Part shown: positions 1 through 9,758 of the stretch, piece by piece
Position numbering within the stretch: the stretch's first letter is position 1
Layout of the letters: every line of letters starts with the position of its first letter
From: Candidatus Latescibacterota bacterium
Lineage (GTDB): Bacteria; Latescibacterota; UBA2968
Assembly: GCA_965198115.1 (NCBI GenBank)
Contig: OZ240241.1
Span: 4,576,001-4,640,000 of the forward strand
Length of the DNA: 64,000 nt
Reading direction: 5' to 3'
Made by a program: the position numbers and the translations under genes
The notes under the pieces: generated by a model
What the model was told of the DNA's origin: nothing
Database searches by the model: none
What the model saw: the letters and a program-made list of their open reading frames with translations, nothing else

Positions 1-2142
1 CCTGAGCTTGACGGCGGTCGAAGCGCGGGTCTTCACGTTCGTCGCTTGAAGCGCCAGGATGAAATCGCCTCCGGGAGGGAGTCTGATGTGCATCTCTGCG
101 ACGCCCACGGTATCGTTTGCCGAAGCATGAACGGGCGCAACCATCTCCCCGAGGGTTGTCCAGCGAGCGTCGAACACCGTGGCACTCGCCTCGAGGGTAG
201 GCGGATCGCCCTGATCTTTCAACAGCACACCAAAGTAGATCTCCAGACGCGTCGTATCATCGCTCGCGCGGAACGATGCAGTGTCGTAGACGAAAGGCAG
301 CGGCTTTCGGTTCAGCCGAAGGATCGACGGCTGATGCTTGATGGCTCTGGCCACGGTATCGTCCGATCGGCGCAGCTGCCAACCCCTCGCATTGTGTTGT
401 GAGATCGATCTGCCCATTCCCGGCGGTGTAGCGAACTCAAAGGGCGCGCCTTTGAAGAGCGTCATAAAGACGATCTCCACGCCATCCATCACATCGGGAT
501 AGATCCAGTATTCCCACGACCTCCCACTCTCGATCGGAAAAAGAGGAACACCTCGGATCTCCGGGATTCCCATTCGATCCGTCGGAGTTTCAAAATTGTC
601 GCGGTCGAAGCGATCGCCGGGTTGACGTTGAATGCCTCGGCCGATGTAACCGCCGACCTGCTCCGTCTCGAACTCGGCTGACTCGAAATCGGACGCACGA
701 ACCTGATTGTTTCGATATTCGACATCCCGCGTCGATGTGCGAATCCGTCGATGGAGATTATAGATCTCACGCTTTTCGTCATCATTCAGCGTCGCGAACA
801 ATCGATCCTTCACGCGAACGACCTGCGGGTCGGTTTCGAATCGCATATTCCCCGACCGGCTCTTGTGGGCGGGCTCGCCATAGCGCACGTAAACTTCACC
901 CCGCTGGTCCCACGGATCGGCGAACTCCGAATAATGGGTGAGCGCGTACCCGACGCGGCGAAGATGTTCGACACGCTTGGCGTTGCCCGACGACCCGGGC
1001 GTCGGATCGTGGCGCTCCCAGAATGCCTTGATGAAGTCTCCCCGTTCTCCCATTGGGAGAGCGTCATAGATCCCGTTCTCCTTTTGGGAAGCGACCCTAG
1101 TCACGTCCCTGAACAGAGGCTGCACGTCCGGGTCAAGCCGATCTACGAAGAGCGACCCCACCGAATCAGCCAAGGCGATCTCACCGAGTGCCTGGTAGCC
1201 GGCCAGCAGCGTCGCCAACGCCTGGACGCGATACGCCGGCGCCTGGTCCAGGATGAGTCGACTCAGGGATATCGCACGAACCTCATTCCCCAGCCCAAGC
1301 TCGACACCCGCCAGCCGCACGCGTGCCGCGTTGTGACCAGGGGCCGCAGAAAGCTGGGCCGTGTAGGCATCCTTCGCCTGACGTAGATACTGACCATCCA
1401 ATTCACCCCGGCGCTCGTACCAGACACCCCGTTTGAAGTAGGCGTCCCCGTGGTCTGGGAATCGCTTCGTCACCTTTCCGAGCTGATAGTCGATGTCGTT
1501 ACTACTCATTGCCAGGTGGCACTGCGCGAGATTGTAGGTCGCTTCTTCGTATTCCCGATCCAGGGCAATCGCATCTCGAAAGTGATCCCGAGCCTCCCTC
1601 CGCTTGCCCTGGAACTTCATCTTGGCGAGACCGAGGCCGTGATGAACAGCCGGTTGCTTCCGATCGATCCGCATCGCCTCCATCAGCGCGTTTTCCGCCT
1701 CGACGTACTCCCCTTGTTCGAGTTGAATGTAGCCGAGCGCCGTCCAGGCGGTCGCGTCTAGCGCGTCGTCGTCCAGTACGAGCCTCAACACATCGGCTGA
1801 ATCGATCAGGTCCAGGGAGTCGGGTGCCGCGGCGATGAGCCAGTAGTCCTTGGGCATCGCGCGTTCGTCGTTGAAGAAAAACTGGGAGACGTTCAGGTGG
1901 GCACGGCCTGCGAGACAGCCGTAGTAGAGTTGACCCAGGGGTAGGAGGCGATCGGACCAATATCGTTCAAGTAACAGGGATGCCTTGAGGCCCTTCAGCT
2001 TCTTGAGCCGCTTCGCCATTGGAGGATCGATCTGACGCAGACGATGCAGCGCGAATTGTCGTTGGCTCTGGGTCAGCGACCAGCCTTCCGAGGGCAAGAG
2101 CAGGGAGGCCGTCGCCACAAGAGGCAGGATGAGCCGGGTCAT
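1..2142 (-). CDS. GWxTD domain-containing TPR protein, secreted (partial; appears to run off the left edge)
   Basis: Manual minus-strand translation of segments: ATG 2142 after AAAGGA, signal peptide MTRLILPLVATASLLL, TPR-like helices (AWTALGYIQLEQGEYVEAENAL), and the family motif FWERHDPTPGSSGNAKRVEHLRRVGYA...PWDQRGEVYVRYGEP around 1020-870. Absent from the ORF track, consistent with no stop inside the window. Confidence 0.8.
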   Translation of the reverse strand, partial: MTRLILPLVATASLLLPSEGWSLTQSQRQFALHRLRQIDPPMAKRLKKLKGLKASLLLERYWSDRLLPLGQLYYGCLAGRAHLNVSQFFFNDERAMPKDYWLIAAAPDSLDLIDSADVLRLVLDDDALDATAWTALGYIQLEQGEYVEAENALMEAMRIDRKQPAVHHGLGLAKMKFQGKRREARDHFRDAIALDREYEEATYNLAQCHLAMSSNDIDYQLGKVTKRFPDHGDAYFKRGVWYERRGELDGQYLRQAKDAYTAQLSAAPGHNAARVRLAGVELGLGNEVRAISLSRLILDQAPAYRVQALATLLAGYQALGEIALADSVGSLFVDRLDPDVQPLFRDVTRVASQKENGIYDALPMGERGDFIKAFWERHDPTPGSSGNAKRVEHLRRVGYALTHYSEFADPWDQRGEVYVRYGEPAHKSRSGNMRFETDPQVVRVKDRLFATLNDDEKREIYNLHRRIRTSTRDVEYRNNQVRASDFESAEFETEQVGGYIGRGIQRQPGDRFDRDNFETPTDRMGIPEIRGVPLFPIESGRSWEYWIYPDVMDGVEIVFMTLFKGAPFEFATPPGMGRSISQHNARGWQLRRSDDTVARAIKHQPSILRLNRKPLPFVYDTASFRASDDTTRLEIYFGVLLKDQGDPPTLEASATVFDARWTTLGEMVAPVHASANDTVGVAEMHIRLPPGGDFILALQATNVKTRASTAVKLR

Positions 2143-2328
2143 AGCGGTCCTTTTCCAGACGAATGGGGTTGCTCACAATGTCCGTGAAATCAACACGGGT
2201 CGCAAACGGATCGACAGAAACGGTGGCGAGGCGCCGTCTCTTCAGGAATCTGGACGGAGGTTCCGGCGAGGGTTATATTTCGTTGAAGGTAAGTGACATA
2301 GATAAACAGTGTTAAGCAAGGGGCTCGC

Positions 2329-3273
2329 ATGTCCTATCAGCCAAAGACGGTTACCGTCGGCGATGTTCAACTCCACCTCTCCCCAGCTGTCGAGAAGCAC
2401 GAAGCGTGGATCGGCCAGCGCGACGTGTTCAGGCAGCTGTTGGCGTGCTGGCTCACCGTCCACGACCAGGACCTCGCGCTCGCGCCTCGTTTGATCGGTC
2501 CTCCGGGCATCGGCAAGACAACCCTGGGTATGGCCGCAGCGCACGAACGATCACAGCCTCTCTACATCTACCAGTGCACGAGCGACACGCGACCCGAGGA
2601 CTTGCTCGTCACACCCGTGCTCGTGGAATCGGGCAAGATCGCCTACCACGCGTCGCCCCTCGTCACCGCGATGATCACCGGCGGCGTCTGCATTCTCGAC
2701 GAAGGCAACCGGATGAACGAAAAGAGCTGGGCCTCCCTCGCCCCGCTCCTCGACCATCGCCGCTATGTGGAAAGCGTCGTCGCTGGCATCACCATCCCGG
2801 CCAGCGAGGACTTCCGCTGCACGGTGACGATGAACGACGACGAATCGACCTACGAAACTCCCGACTACATTCTTTCCAGGCTTCAACCAACCCTCGCCGT
2901 CGGCTATCCCAACCGGCAGGACGAACTCGCGATTTTGAAATACCATCTCCCTTTCGCGGAAGCGGAGATGCTGAACCTCACTGTGGAATTCCTGCAGCGG
3001 GCGCACGATCTCAACCTCGAGTACTCGCCCCGCGACGGAATCCACATCATCCAATACGCGCTCAAGCGATTGGCGCAGGATTCCGATCATCCCCTCTCTC
3101 GGGACGCGGCTTGGAGCGAAGCCCTCGAACGAGTCCTCGGCGAGGAAGCCCTCGACCTCGACAAGCTGGCGGAGCAACGCAGCCGTGCACTCGGCAACGA
3201 GGTGCCGGGTGTCGACCTGAGCGACTTCTTTTTCGGCCCCGACGACTCGACACGCCCGGACTCGGATAACTGA
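2329..3273 (+). CDS. MoxR-like AAA+ ATPase (AAA_5)
   Basis: Walker A GPPGIGKT, Walker B CILDEGNR, sensor TMN, SRL arginine finger. Confidence 0.88.
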   Translation: MSYQPKTVTVGDVQLHLSPAVEKHEAWIGQRDVFRQLLACWLTVHDQDLALAPRLIGPPGIGKTTLGMAAAHERSQPLYIYQCTSDTRPEDLLVTPVLVESGKIAYHASPLVTAMITGGVCILDEGNRMNEKSWASLAPLLDHRRYVESVVAGITIPASEDFRCTVTMNDDESTYETPDYILSRLQPTLAVGYPNRQDELAILKYHLPFAEAEMLNLTVEFLQRAHDLNLEYSPRDGIHIIQYALKRLAQDSDHPLSRDAAWSEALERVLGEEALDLDKLAEQRSRALGNEVPGVDLSDFFFGPDDSTRPDSDN

Positions 3274-3377
3274 ACTGCGCCACTGAGGTCACTGAGAAAA
3301 ACCCCGAAGTTCTGGATCAGGCGAGTCCCGATCCTCAGTGTTTTCCGTGTCCTCAGTGGCCGTCTTTTGGTTTTTTT

Positions 3378-5216
3378 ATGAATGACGTTCTAGACCTCAA
3401 CGATCGAATCACGCTTCTGCCTGTCCTACACGGCAGTGGCGATTTCGCTTTGGAGGTCCGGGCTCGTATCCACGCGGGCGACTTCGATTGTGTGGCCGTG
3501 CCGCTCCCGGCTGTCTTCGAAGATCCGGTGATGGAAGCGGTCGACCTCCTACCGCGCATTCACATCGTGGCACAACGTGAAGGGGGCGTTTCCGAAGATC
3601 CGTCCGCCTACACGTTCGTCCCCATCGACCCTTGCCAACCCGTCATCGCCGCCCTCCGTGAAGCACGCAGCCTCGGAATACCCACGGCCTTCTTCGATAT
3701 CGAAGTCCAGGACTTCACCACCGAGGCACTCGTCCACCCTGATCCTTTCGCGCTCAAAGAAGTCGCCCTCGAGCGATTTGCCACCGCGCTGGTCCCTGCC
3801 CTGCCAGCGCCCGAAGGTGGCAGCCAACGCGACGCCCGCATTCGGTGGATGGCGCATCAGCTCCACTTACTCGAACTCGACCACGAACGGATCCTCGCAA
3901 TCTGCCCCGTCCAGGACTGGCCGTGGATCCGCGACGCCTACCAGCGGCGAGTGCCACCTCCTGAATCCAACGGCCCCGTCTGGCCGCCCGAGATCTACGC
4001 GGTCGCGACCCGTTCGCTCTACTTCGCGTTGGGCGAGCTCCCCTGCATCACACATCTCTACGAACATCGTCGGGCCGAAATGCTGCCCGACGAAACGCTC
4101 GCAGTGGACGGCGTCAAGTCGCTCATCCTCGAGGCGAGGACGGCCTGGATTCGCAAACACGACCTGACGACGCACTGGCTGACACCGCAGACGATGTCCC
4201 TGATGCTGCGCTACATCAGAAATCTCACGCTTCTCGACAGTCGAATGTCTCCCGACCTCTACACCATTGCGCTGGCGGCCAAGCAGGTGGGGGGCGACGA
4301 TTTTGCAGCCACCCTCATCGAAACGGCGCGCATCTACCCCGCCCAGCTCGAATCGCCCCATCCCGAAGTCACCCTCGGCGTGGACCTCGGTGTCTTTCCC
4401 CTCGGCGATGCAGATACGAAGAACCGTCTCATCGGATCCGAGCGGGTCTGGCGAGAGCTGCCGCTCAAACCCTCGCCCCCTCCCGAAAAGCAACGCGATT
4501 GGCAGACGCAGTGGGACCCCTTCCGGCAGTGCTCCTATCCGCCCGAGGACGATCGCATCGAAAGCTTCAACGCGCACGTCCGCGAACAGGCCCGACTCCT
4601 GATCGGCGAGGACCTCGCCAAAACCGAAAAATTCACGAGCTCGCTCAAAGACGGTCTGGACATTCGCGAAACATTACGCAACTGGCACACCGGCGACATC
4701 TACGTCAAAGAGCTCCCGCCGTCACGCGGCACGATCGAAGTCGTCGTCTTCCTGTTCGACACACCCGCCGATCCCAATCGCTACGCCTGGCGAACGACCT
4801 GGTATGCCGAACATCAGGCCGAGTCGACTCTCTGTTTCTTCGCGACCGAATTCACCGACAACGTCATCGGTCCCGGGGTCGCCCAAGCCCTTTACGGTGG
4901 GTGCTTTCTGATGTTCCCTCCCCGCCCGATCCCGGACGTCTGGGCGGACGATCGTCTCGCTGAGGCCGATACGCTTGAAGAGCGGTTGATCCTCGGTGCC
5001 GCTTTCCATTCCAGGGAACGTCGGATTGCACTCGTTTCCCCCACACCTCCCAAGAGCCGGTGGCGCCGTCTTGCCCGTCGCTGCAAGAAGCAGCTCGTCT
5101 ACATCCCGCTGAATCGCTTCAGCCTTCAGACCATCGGTCGACTGCGCCAGTTTCACGTCCTGAACGGGCGCGAAGTCCGCTCCTATGCCTCCAAGTTCAT
5201 CCGCGATCTGAGGTAA
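3378..5216 (+). CDS. Conserved hypothetical protein, probable MoxR partner
   Basis: 612-aa ORF directly after the AAA ATPase; contains LDIRETLRNW, similar to the motif preceding VWA domains in CoxE-type partners. Confidence 0.65.
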   Translation: MNDVLDLNDRITLLPVLHGSGDFALEVRARIHAGDFDCVAVPLPAVFEDPVMEAVDLLPRIHIVAQREGGVSEDPSAYTFVPIDPCQPVIAALREARSLGIPTAFFDIEVQDFTTEALVHPDPFALKEVALERFATALVPALPAPEGGSQRDARIRWMAHQLHLLELDHERILAICPVQDWPWIRDAYQRRVPPPESNGPVWPPEIYAVATRSLYFALGELPCITHLYEHRRAEMLPDETLAVDGVKSLILEARTAWIRKHDLTTHWLTPQTMSLMLRYIRNLTLLDSRMSPDLYTIALAAKQVGGDDFAATLIETARIYPAQLESPHPEVTLGVDLGVFPLGDADTKNRLIGSERVWRELPLKPSPPPEKQRDWQTQWDPFRQCSYPPEDDRIESFNAHVREQARLLIGEDLAKTEKFTSSLKDGLDIRETLRNWHTGDIYVKELPPSRGTIEVVVFLFDTPADPNRYAWRTTWYAEHQAESTLCFFATEFTDNVIGPGVAQALYGGCFLMFPPRPIPDVWADDRLAEADTLEERLILGAAFHSRERRIALVSPTPPKSRWRRLARRCKKQLVYIPLNRFSLQTIGRLRQFHVLNGREVRSYASKFIRDLR

Positions 5217-5735
5217 GACCGGTCCTCCAACGTCGGAACCACAGGAAAGGTTAGACTATGACGTCTCATCCGTCTCCGGATCACATCATGCAAATCGGAT
5301 TGGGGTTTTGGGGGTCGAAGACCCTCCTCAGCGCCGTTGAAATGGAACTGTTCACAGTGCTCGGAGAAGGGGCCGAAGATCTCGAGAGCGTTCAGAATCG
5401 CCTCGGCTTGCATCCGCGAGCCTCGCGTGATTTCCTCGACGCCCTCGTCTCCTTGGGCTTTCTCCAGCGCGTGGATGGCAAGTACGGGAACACCCTGGAG
5501 ACGGATATTTTCTTGAATAAACGGAAGCCTTCCTACATCGGTGGAATGCTCGAGATGGCTAACCATCGACTATACCGATTCTGGGGCGGCCTCTCCGATG
5601 CGCTGCGGACGGGAGAGTTGCAAAACGAGGCAAAGGGTGGGGGCGAGTCGTTCTTCGCAACGCTGTATGCAGACCCTGCGCGACTCAAGGAATTCCTCGC
5701 TGCAATGACGGGAATCAGCCACGGTGCCAACCTGG

Positions 5736-6500
5736 TGTGACGCCTTGCGATAATTCTCCGCCCGGCTTAAGCTATTCGCAGAATAGGCAGAATCGTTTCA
5801 ATACGGTTAACAGTGGAGACCGTTCCCTAATGAGTTGAGGGTCACCTAAGATCTGGCGGCCATACGACATAGTGCCATAGGAGTACTTACAAGGCGCAAC
5901 GGCCAAAAGCGGTTGTCGGACCTACGCCTGATGTCCCTTTCTTTACGCGAACGCGTTTGGCACATTCCGGGGGATCGGGACGCGAAACGCTCTCGACCTC
6001 CGACGGGTCCGCCATCGGCAGCACCGCCAGGGAGACGGCCGATTTTCTACCCCGCTTCGCCATTTTCGGGAAGCACCTTCAAAGCCGCCTTGTCGACAGA
6101 CGCAAGCTCTTGTTTTTGAACTGGTTTAAGTGTTTCCGACACCTGAAAAACCCCCCTTTCGTCGACAACGGCCGCGATGCGCCAGTCCGGGACTGAAATT
6201 AGGACGGATTAGCAAAAGAAACGGGACATGACCGGTCTCCGGTCGGACGGCCACAGGTTTTCCGCACCCCCCTATGCCCGCTGGGACCTGGCCTGGCCAC
6301 GTCTTGAGCCTAATCGGTCGAAACGCGCTATTTTCGCGGTTCGAGAGCCTATTTCTCGGGCGTGTGGGAAAATGAAAAGGGCGCGGTCTACATCGGAACG
6401 CCCAGAGAGTTCATCCCCCTTATCTCCGGGTCGTCAGTTCTTGGTGCGTGAGAATGCGAATAGCGGTAATCTGGGCGGGAATCTATCGTAAGCCGTAACA
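5736..6500. mobile_element. Non-autonomous MITE-like element, copy 1 (765 bp), carrying phage cos-like sequences and a terS 5' fragment
   Basis: Ends TGTGACG...CGTAACA; ~45-bp imperfect TIR; 7-bp target duplication AACCTGG (5729-5735 and 6501-6507); second copy at 36930-37746; no transposase ORF. Confidence 0.9.
5887..6063 (-). pseudogene. 5' fragment resembling a P27/HK97-type phage terminase small subunit
   Basis: MAKRGRKSAVSLAVLPMADPSEVESVSRPDPPE resembles TerS N-termini (MxxRGRKSAxxLxV...RPxPP), then degenerates; assigned by motif recall, no search run. Confidence 0.55.
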
Positions 6501-7228
6501 AACCTGGCGATCGCAGAGAAGCTCTCCTGGGACGAATACAAGACCTTTGTCGATGTGGGAACAGCACAGGGCGATCTCGCGACACAGGTCGCCCTCGCCC
6601 ATCCCCATCTGACTGGCCAGGGCTTCGACTTGCCCGAAGTCGCCCCTGTTTTCGAAGCGTATGTCGAAGAAAACGGCCTCACGGGCAGACTGACGTTTTC
6701 AGGAGGGAGCTTCTTCGACGTCCCGCTGCCAGAAGCCGATGTCGTGATGATGGGCCACATCCTCCACGACTGGAACCTCGATCAGAAGAGAATGCTCATC
6801 CAGAAAGCCTACAACGCCCTACCAGAAGGGGGCGCGTTCATCGTCTACGAATCCATCATCGACGACGACCGATCCCAAAACACGTTCGGTCTGCTGATGA
6901 GTCTGAATATGCTGATCGAAACCGAGGGAGGGTTCGACTACACGGGTGCGGATTGTCAGGGCTGGATGGAAGAAGCGGGCTTCAAACAGTCACGCGTGGA
7001 ACACCTCGTCGGCCCGGACTCGATGGTGGTCGGCATCAAGTAGGACGACACTGGCAAAGAGCGTCGGAGAGGACCCGTGGATGATCTCACGGGATGACGC
7101 ATCCAAAAGTGGCCCCGGGACCACTTTTCAGACCAGCCAGGCGAGCGGGTCTTGGATTCCGGTCCCGATCGGTTATTATGGGACCTCCATCGGGGTCCTG
7201 TTTTTCGTGTCTGGAAAGGAATGTCGTC

Positions 7229-8404
7229 GTGAAAATCGCCCAAAACGCCCTCGGAACGCGGTTTGGAATGGAGGAAATCGAGGCCGTCATCCGAGCGATG
7301 AAAAGCGGCCACGCAAGCGGTCTCACGTCGGACGGAGAAGGCGCACGCTTCGCACAGGAATTCGCCGATTACTGCGGCGTCGAGTTTGCGCTTCCACTCA
7401 ACGGAGCCTGCAACGCCCTGTCGATCGCGGCCCGGCTCGTCGACCTGCAACCAGGCGACGAAATCATCAGCAACCCGATCACCTACATCGCCACGGCTAT
7501 CTACGCCCTCCGGCACGACGCAACCGTTCGTTTCACGGAAACAGATCCCGAAACGCTCAACGTCGACGAAGACAGCATCGAATCGCTCATCTCGCCCAAG
7601 ACGAAAGCGCTTTTCATCGCCTCCTACGAGGGCCACGTGCCCGATATGGCTCGTCTGAGGGAAATCAGCGACCGTCACGACCTCTTTTTCGTGTTCGATG
7701 CCGCCCGATGCTGTGGGGGACGCTTCTGTGACCGAAGCGTCGCCCAATTCGCCGACGCGACGGCCTTCAGCTTCCAGGAACAGAAGAATATGGCTACTGG
7801 CGACGGCGGAATGCTCGTGCTCGGCCCCAAGGCTCCGGAAGCGTGGCAAAGGAGAGCGACACAGCTGCGCAACGTCCGTGGCACGGGTGACGTCATCGGC
7901 GAGAACTTTCGGATGGACGAGATCCGAGCCGCCATCGGCCGGGCGCAGTTGCCCAAGCTCGATCGGATGAACGAAGAACGTCGCAACCTCGCCTTTCGTC
8001 TCACCGAGGGGCTATCAGGTTACCCTGCGATTCGTCCGGTCAGGACTTTTCCCGATCGCCATCACGTCTTCCACTGGTATATGGCCACCGTCGACCCTGA
8101 CGGCCTGAACACCGACCGCGAGATCTTTTCGCGACCCATCGATGGCGTCGACGGTTCGCCCTCTCCGCGTGACGTCTTCTCGAACGAAATGAAAAAGGAA
8201 GGCATCGATATGCCCTCCCAGAACGCACCTGTCTACCTCACCGAGACCTACACCTCTCGCGACTACGTACCCGGACTCTGCCCCCTCAGCGAATCCCTTT
8301 GGCGCGACCAGATCGTCCGCTTCCCGCTGAATCTGGATATGACTGACGACGAGATCAGCCAGATTGTCGTTGCGGTCGGTCGCGTCCTGGCCCGACTGAC
8401 CTGA
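7229..8404 (+). CDS. DegT/DnrJ/EryC1/StrS family PLP-dependent aminotransferase
   Basis: FAQEFADYCG, DAARCCG, SFQEQKNMATGDGG (PLP lysine), GENFRMDE; GTG start after AAGGA. Confidence 0.88.
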   Translation: MKIAQNALGTRFGMEEIEAVIRAMKSGHASGLTSDGEGARFAQEFADYCGVEFALPLNGACNALSIAARLVDLQPGDEIISNPITYIATAIYALRHDATVRFTETDPETLNVDEDSIESLISPKTKALFIASYEGHVPDMARLREISDRHDLFFVFDAARCCGGRFCDRSVAQFADATAFSFQEQKNMATGDGGMLVLGPKAPEAWQRRATQLRNVRGTGDVIGENFRMDEIRAAIGRAQLPKLDRMNEERRNLAFRLTEGLSGYPAIRPVRTFPDRHHVFHWYMATVDPDGLNTDREIFSRPIDGVDGSPSPRDVFSNEMKKEGIDMPSQNAPVYLTETYTSRDYVPGLCPLSESLWRDQIVRFPLNLDMTDDEISQIVVAVGRVLARLT

Positions 8405-8409
8405 CTCTT

Positions 8410-9627
8410 GTGGACCTACCAGATAGACTGGCCTCGCTCGCAGCCTCGCCTCTCGTAACCGGATGGGGCGAGACGTCGTCGGACGATCGCTTCGACCTGC
8501 TCGACGCCGAGGCCATCGCATCGGCCGCCGGGTGGTCAGGACTGGAGCCTGCGTGGATTCCCGATGTGGTCGACGCGGCACGCCGCATCCACGATGACGA
8601 TTCGTTCGCGCGTCTCTTCCATCACGTCCGTGATGGACTCCTCATTCGGCAGGGCCTGTTCGACCATCGCTCGACGTTTCCGAACGTCATCGAACCGCTC
8701 GCCGAGTTGTCCGGCCCCTTCTACCTCTTGATCGCGATGTCCGGTGTCGACCCGATGCGGGCATCCCACCGCGCTCACGGCATTCCCGATACCGTTTCGC
8801 GCCTTACGGCGCGCGATATTCGCGTCTGGATCGACGAACACCTCTCGCGCGGTGTCCCGTGTGACACCGGATTCAGACGACCGTTCGACCCAATGCCCGT
8901 CGGAATCCACGCACGAGGACTCGCCTGGATCTCGCGCAGCCTCATCGGCCAGATCATCCGCGTCGAGCGTCTCCAGTTCATCCACGCGCCGTTCCGACCG
9001 CCCTTCACGATCCGTCGCCATCGCGAAACCGGTGACATTGCCGTCTTCGCCGAAGGCGGACTGGCTTTCGACGAGGCGGGCTGGCGCTGCGATCAGGACG
9101 AGAAAGGAGTCACCCAATCACCCGATCCGTCGTCCGGGCAGGCCACCCGGATCGCCGACAACGGACACGCCATCGCCAACCCGACCGAAATCGTCGAATC
9201 GGACTGGGAGATCCTCGTCGCACCCGGCGATCCCATCCTCGAAATCCACATCCCCGAGGACGGCCCAATGGACTTCGCCGAGTGCGGCGCGTCCTTCCGT
9301 CAGGCCATCGAACATTACACGACCTGGTATCCCGACAGACCCTTCAAAGCCTTTTCGTGTGGATCGTGGCTGCTAGATCCTCAGTTTCAGGACTACCTCG
9401 CCGAGTCATCCAATCTTGTCCGCTTTCAACGCGCATCTCGGCTCTTCCCGCACACCAAAGGGCCAGGACGCTCCGGTCTCCTCCGAATCTTCGAATCGGA
9501 CGACCTCCCCAACCTTCCGCGGGACACGAGTATGCGCCGTGCGTATCTTGACCATCTCGAATCGGGAGGAGGCTGGTACGGAGGCGGCTGTGTCGTCCTC
9601 CCCTCCGAACTCGACCGCTGGCCATAG
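8410..9627 (+). CDS. Acyltransferase domain-containing protein (DUF5596/GNAT-like)
   Basis: Motifs ERLQF, LEIHIPEDGPM, CGSWLLDPQ, SNLVRFQ, PRDTSMRR. Confidence 0.7.
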   Translation: MDLPDRLASLAASPLVTGWGETSSDDRFDLLDAEAIASAAGWSGLEPAWIPDVVDAARRIHDDDSFARLFHHVRDGLLIRQGLFDHRSTFPNVIEPLAELSGPFYLLIAMSGVDPMRASHRAHGIPDTVSRLTARDIRVWIDEHLSRGVPCDTGFRRPFDPMPVGIHARGLAWISRSLIGQIIRVERLQFIHAPFRPPFTIRRHRETGDIAVFAEGGLAFDEAGWRCDQDEKGVTQSPDPSSGQATRIADNGHAIANPTEIVESDWEILVAPGDPILEIHIPEDGPMDFAECGASFRQAIEHYTTWYPDRPFKAFSCGSWLLDPQFQDYLAESSNLVRFQRASRLFPHTKGPGRSGLLRIFESDDLPNLPRDTSMRRAYLDHLESGGGWYGGGCVVLPSELDRWP

Positions 9628-9758
9628 ATAGAAGGAGTTCAGTGTTCGGTGTTCAGGAAGGCCGCTACGGTCACTGGTCATTTGTCACCTGTCACAGGTC
9701 AATCTGATCCCTCCCTGTTCTCAGTGTTCTCAGTGGCGCCTTTTAAAGCGAGGAAGCA

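Larger units (their letters stand above)
5258..7043 (+). pseudogene. SAM-dependent O-methyltransferase (dimerisation domain + Methyltransf_2), interrupted by a 765-bp element
   Basis: N-half 5258-5735 ([14 protein letters not shown]) and C-half 6501-7043 ([14 protein letters not shown]) rejoin as [11 protein letters not shown] once the insert and one AACCTGG copy are removed. Confidence 0.92.

Noticed and set aside
5781-5935. Possible third (lambda-type) cos-like module in the left arm of the MITE, with weak inverted repeats around TGTAAGTACTCC
   Set aside because: Resemblance too weak to support by eye; should be included in the phage BLAST test.
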